This document shows positions 60,490 through 64,000 of a stretch of 64,000 bases of DNA, in pieces. Source of the DNA: Sphingomonadales bacterium Ga0077531 (GTDB taxonomy: Bacteria; Pseudomonadota; Alphaproteobacteria; Sphingomonadales; Sphingomonadaceae); assembly GCA_001464915.1 (NCBI GenBank), contig LNED01000043.1:42469-106468 (forward strand), given 5' to 3'. The translations under genes and the position numbers were made by a program. The notes below the pieces were generated by a model. It saw only the letters and a list, made by a program, of their open reading frames with translations. It did not search any database and was not told the DNA's origin. How positions within the stretch are numbered: the first letter of the stretch is position 1; every line of letters starts with the position of its first letter.

Positions 60490-60614
60490 AAACCAGCGAC
60501 TACCATGCAAGCCCTTACGATGCTGTTAAGCTGATTGCCTCCAGTTCGGAGGAATTATCATTGTAAGTCAAACGCTTGCATCAAACGCAATCGTTGCTGC
60601 GATTTGATGGCCCG

Positions 60615-60632
60615 AAGTCACTTTGTTGTCAT
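60615..60632 (+). promoter_or_regulatory. Pho-box-like direct repeat AAGTCAC-TTTG-TTGTCAT
   Basis: Two 7-mers at 11-bp spacing, matching CTGTCAC/T at 5/7 and 6/7. Lies 45 to 62 nt upstream of the PstS-family ATG. Confidence 0.4.
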
Positions 60633-60676
60633 GAATCAGGCCTAGCTGGAACGCATTCATATTACCGGGAATCGCC

Positions 60677-61738
60677 ATGTCATACCACACCTTTGCCCTT
60701 ACCAAATTCAGCGTCGCTCTTGCTTTGGCGAGCCTTGCCCTTGCGGGCTGCGATTCTGGCGGAGGCGGCGCGCGCAATTCGGTTCATGCGGTTGGTTCGT
60801 CGACCGTTTATCCCTTTGCCAAGGTAGTGGCGGAGAATTTCTCTCGCTCGAACCCCGATTTCCGTTCGCCGCTGATCGAATCGACCGGCACCGGCAACGG
60901 CATCCAGCTGTTCTGTTCGGGCGTCGGGCCCAACACCCCCGATATGGCCAATGCGTCGCGCCGGATGAAGGCGTCTGAATTCGACAGCTGCGCCGCCAAC
61001 GGGGTCGATGAAGTGGTTGAATTGCAGGTCGGGCTGGACGGGATCGCCTTTGCCTCGGCCAAGGGCGGGATCATGCTGAACCTGTCGCCCAAGACAATCT
61101 ACGAAGCGCTCGCCGCAAACCCTTACGGCAAGCCGCAGACGGCCAAGACCTGGAAAGACGTTGACCCGTCGCTGCCAGCCGATCCGATCATCGTCTATGG
61201 CCCGCCCAGCACGTCTGGAACGCGCGATGCGCTCAAGGAACTGGTGCTCGAAGTCGGTTGCGCCACCAACCCCGAAATGGCCGCGCTCAAGAAGTCCGAC
61301 GAGGACAAGTTCAAGCAGGTCTGCACCGAAGTGCGCAATGATGGCGGTTATGTCGATCAGGGCGAACAGGACAATCTGATCGTCCAGAAAATCACCGGCA
61401 ACCCGCGCACCGTCGGCATTTTCGGGTTTTCCTACCTCGAAGAAAACGGTGACCGAGTGCAGGGCCTGCCGATGAACGGGGTCGATCCGACCTACGAGAA
61501 CATCTCAAACTTCGCCTATCCCGGCGCGCGCCCGCTGTATGTCTACGTCAAGAAAGCGCACATGCGCGCGATCCCGGGACTGGGCAGTTATTTGCAGGAA
61601 TGGGTGAAAAGCTGGGCCAAGGACGGCCCGCTCGCCCGGGTCGGAATGGTGGCAATGCCCGCCGAAGCAATGACGGTGAACGCTGCGAAAGTGCGCGATC
61701 TGACCATTCTGACCAAGGCTGAACTCGAAGCCAAATAG
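60677..61738 (+). CDS. PstS-family phosphate-binding lipoprotein (orphan; no pstCAB adjacent)
   Basis: 353 aa, lipobox LALAGCD. The GSSTVYPFAKVVAE and STGTGNGI segments are typical of the PBP-like-2 PstS family. Confidence 0.8.
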   Translation: MSYHTFALTKFSVALALASLALAGCDSGGGGARNSVHAVGSSTVYPFAKVVAENFSRSNPDFRSPLIESTGTGNGIQLFCSGVGPNTPDMANASRRMKASEFDSCAANGVDEVVELQVGLDGIAFASAKGGIMLNLSPKTIYEALAANPYGKPQTAKTWKDVDPSLPADPIIVYGPPSTSGTRDALKELVLEVGCATNPEMAALKKSDEDKFKQVCTEVRNDGGYVDQGEQDNLIVQKITGNPRTVGIFGFSYLEENGDRVQGLPMNGVDPTYENISNFAYPGARPLYVYVKKAHMRAIPGLGSYLQEWVKSWAKDGPLARVGMVAMPAEAMTVNAAKVRDLTILTKAELEAK

Positions 61739-61781
61739 GCGCATGATTGCGCGGCAGCCTGCAAGCGATTAGCGTGACGCC

Positions 61782-62936
61782 ATGAGCGTGCGCAAGATCA
61801 CCACCTGGCACGAAGCCGGCCTGATCGACGCGGACACGCGCGACCGGCTGCTGGCTTATGAGGCATCACATACGCGCCCGCTGGCGCTGTGGGCGGTGTT
61901 CGGGATCGGCGCGCTGGCGATTGGGCTGGGGCTGGTGTCGGTCATCGCCGCCAACTGGGAGGATATTCCCGGACAGTTGCGGCTTGCCGTGCACTTTGCG
62001 CTGATCATTGGCGCACTGGCGGCGTTGTTCCTGCGCGAAGACCGGATTGCGGAGCGTTCCCCGTGGGCGGTCGAGGCACTGTTGTTCGTCACCGCCGCGC
62101 TGGGGCTGACGTTTTTCGGACACTTGGGCCAAGTCTATCAGACCTCCTCGCCGCTATGGAAACCGCTGGCGATGTGGCTGGTGCTGTTCGCCCCGCTGCT
62201 GCTGCTGATGGGCAGGAGCTGGCCTGCTGCGGCGGCGGTGATGGGCGGAGCCGTGTGGTGTGCGTGGGAATATGCCAACGCCAAAACGGGTTATGACGCA
62301 GGGCGTGATCCGGGCACTGGGCTGCTGCTGTGGCTCGCCTTGGTAACCGCGCTGCCAGTGCTGTTCGCGCCGCTCGCCGCATGGTTGCGAGGGCGCGGTG
62401 ACCGCCCCGATTTCTGGCGACGGCTGGAGCAATTGGCGCTCGTCTATGCGGTCGGAGGAGCCTCCGTGGCTTGCGCGCTCGCGAGTGTGGGAGGGTTTGA
62501 TGCTGGCGAGCTGACGGAGGAATTCGCCAGCATGGCGTTGCGTGGCGGAGTGGCGGTGATTGCCGGGGTGGCGGTAGTATTGGCGAGGCCCGGCACTTCC
62601 GGACGGATGGCAGGCGCAATCATAGTTGGCGCTGGTGTGGTCGCGGCACTGGCCTATCCGCTTGACGATCTCGTGGTCCCCGCCGCCGCGCTGTTCATGG
62701 CGTTGTGGATCGGCATCGCTGCCGCCGCGTTGGTGGCGGGCTGGCGTGGGGTGTTTCAGCTGAGCGTCGGCGTGATTGCGCTGCGGCTCATCATCCTGAG
62801 TTTTGAACTGGCGAGCGACCTGTTGTTGAGCGGGTTCGGGCTGATCCTCTCAGGCTTCATGATCCTCGGCGTGGCATGGGTCGCGGTGCGGGTGTCCAAG
62901 ACTTTTGCCCCGCCGAGTGAGGGGGCGGAGGCATGA
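61782..62936 (+). CDS. DUF2157-like polytopic membrane protein
   Basis: 384 aa. Cytoplasmic N-terminal helix (ITTWHEAGLIDADTRDRLLAYE) followed by about 10 TM segments. Confidence 0.7.
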   Translation: MSVRKITTWHEAGLIDADTRDRLLAYEASHTRPLALWAVFGIGALAIGLGLVSVIAANWEDIPGQLRLAVHFALIIGALAALFLREDRIAERSPWAVEALLFVTAALGLTFFGHLGQVYQTSSPLWKPLAMWLVLFAPLLLLMGRSWPAAAAVMGGAVWCAWEYANAKTGYDAGRDPGTGLLLWLALVTALPVLFAPLAAWLRGRGDRPDFWRRLEQLALVYAVGGASVACALASVGGFDAGELTEEFASMALRGGVAVIAGVAVVLARPGTSGRMAGAIIVGAGVVAALAYPLDDLVVPAAALFMALWIGIAAAALVAGWRGVFQLSVGVIALRLIILSFELASDLLLSGFGLILSGFMILGVAWVAVRVSKTFAPPSEGAEA

Positions 62937-63520
62937 ACCGGCTTGCCCGTCTTGCCGCCGTGATTGCCCCCGTGCTTGGCCTCGCCGCCCTTTGGGGGAT
63001 GAGCGAGCGCACCTATTATGAGGGCACCGATTGGGAGGTGCCGATCCAAGGCTACGACCCGCGCGATTACCTGCGCGGGCACTATGTCGAATTCAGCTAT
63101 GATTGGCCGGGGATCGACGAGTTTCGCGATGCGCCGCCAGAAATGCTGTGTCTTGAAGGGGACGCGCCCAATCTCACGCGCGTCACCACCGACAGCGATA
63201 AGCCTTGTGCCCACCCGATCCGCGCCGATGCATCGGGCGTTTACGGCTGGGATGCACTGACGCGTGGGCGATTATATCTCGGCCAAGACCGGGCGATGGA
63301 GTTGCAGGGCGAATTGCAGGAGCGCGGCCAACGCGGGATCGTCACCATCCGTCAGCGTGATGACGGCAGCTTCACGCCGATTTCGATCCGGTTCCGTCCG
63401 CTCACGCCAGAGGAGGTCGCCGAGCGCGACGCGCAGAACACCGCGCCATTCATGCCGCCAGCGATCATGCTCCCGGAATCTAGCGGAAATCCTCCCCCGT
63501 CGCCGCAATCCGCACCTTGA
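62933..63520 (+). CDS. GDYXXLXY-domain protein
   Basis: ATGA overlap with the upstream gene. N-terminal TM anchor. The motif region GYDPRDYLRGHYVEFSY resembles the GDYXXLXY family. Confidence 0.65.
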   Translation: MNRLARLAAVIAPVLGLAALWGMSERTYYEGTDWEVPIQGYDPRDYLRGHYVEFSYDWPGIDEFRDAPPEMLCLEGDAPNLTRVTTDSDKPCAHPIRADASGVYGWDALTRGRLYLGQDRAMELQGELQERGQRGIVTIRQRDDGSFTPISIRFRPLTPEEVAERDAQNTAPFMPPAIMLPESSGNPPPSPQSAP

Positions 63521-64000
63521 GCCCGGCCTGACAGATATTCTGAATTTCGATGCCGGGGTGAGCGTTGACTTCGATCACCAGCGGGCCATCGTTCACATCG
63601 AGCACAATGTCCGCGCCGCAATAGCCCAGCCCCACAGCGGGCCCGCATCTTGAGGCGAGCTCCAGCACACGTTCCCAGCCCGGAATCTCGAAACCGATCA
63701 GCAGCTCGCCGGTGTCGGGGTGGTGGGTGATCGGCGTGCCTTTCACCACCGCGCGGGTGATCTTGCCGGTAACCATGTCGATCCCGGCCCCGATCGCGCG
63801 CTGGTGCAAGTTGGCCTTGCCGTCGGACTCAAGCGTCGGCAGCCGCACCATCGCCATCAGCGGGGTGTAATGCAGGCTGATGACGCGCAAATCGGGCAGG
63901 CCTTCGGGCACGATCCGCGACAGTGCCGGGTCAGCGATGATCAGCGGCTCGATCAGCGCCGCGTCCTCGGCAGCGGAATCGCCCGAAAAGCCGCCATCGA
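63480..64000 (-). CDS. ATP-grasp alpha-L-glutamate-ligase-like protein; N-terminus beyond the window end
   Basis: The frame stays open past the track M at 63911 (a GVP-internal GTG) to position 64000. The C-terminal part (ANLHQRAIGAGIDMVTG, CGADIVLD, IEVNAHPG) is RimK-related ATP-grasp. Confidence 0.7.
   Translation of the reverse strand, partial: DGGFSGDSAAEDAALIEPLIIADPALSRIVPEGLPDLRVISLHYTPLMAMVRLPTLESDGKANLHQRAIGAGIDMVTGKITRAVVKGTPITHHPDTGELLIGFEIPGWERVLELASRCGPAVGLGYCGADIVLDVNDGPLVIEVNAHPGIEIQNICQAGLKVRIAATGEDFR

Overview
GC-rich bacterial chromosomal segment (mid-60s % GC by eye, strong G/C bias at third codon positions). The protein repertoire and repeat elements look alphaproteobacterial, most likely Sphingomonadales; this is inference only. 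About 60 protein genes are tightly packed with many start/stop overlaps. I recognised no rRNA, tRNA, CRISPR array, transposase, integrase or phage gene. Most content is core housekeeping: leuS-lptE-holA, lptC-lptA, ung, gltBD, uppP, phhA, ppk2, ribA, xthA, alkaline phosphatase, a lolA-like gene, rpmG, arfB, an rluA-family gene, fused pabB-pabC, pepP and oligopeptidase B. There are also acyl-CoA metabolism genes, an intracellular PHB depolymerase, an ABC exporter, and M13 and M20 peptidases. Non-coding signals I can support: one exact parS site inside a 28-bp palindrome, Pho-box-like direct repeats upstream of the alkaline phosphatase and of an orphan PstS-family gene, four intrinsic terminators, one REP/MITE-like inverted-repeat element, a TGC-rich palindrome upstream of phaZ, and a structured minus-strand region ending in a terminator (candidate sRNA). 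I do not see a clear self-contained novel multi-gene system; there is no defence, toxin-antitoxin or secretion-type module. The best candidates for under-described biology are the candidate sRNA, the DUF2157/GDYXXLXY membrane pair, the exosortase-A-type glycosylation genes coupled to a Pro/Ala-rich membrane protein, and the CoA-transferase-dependent acyl-CoA operon. All family names come from motif recognition by eye; no database search or computation was possible.
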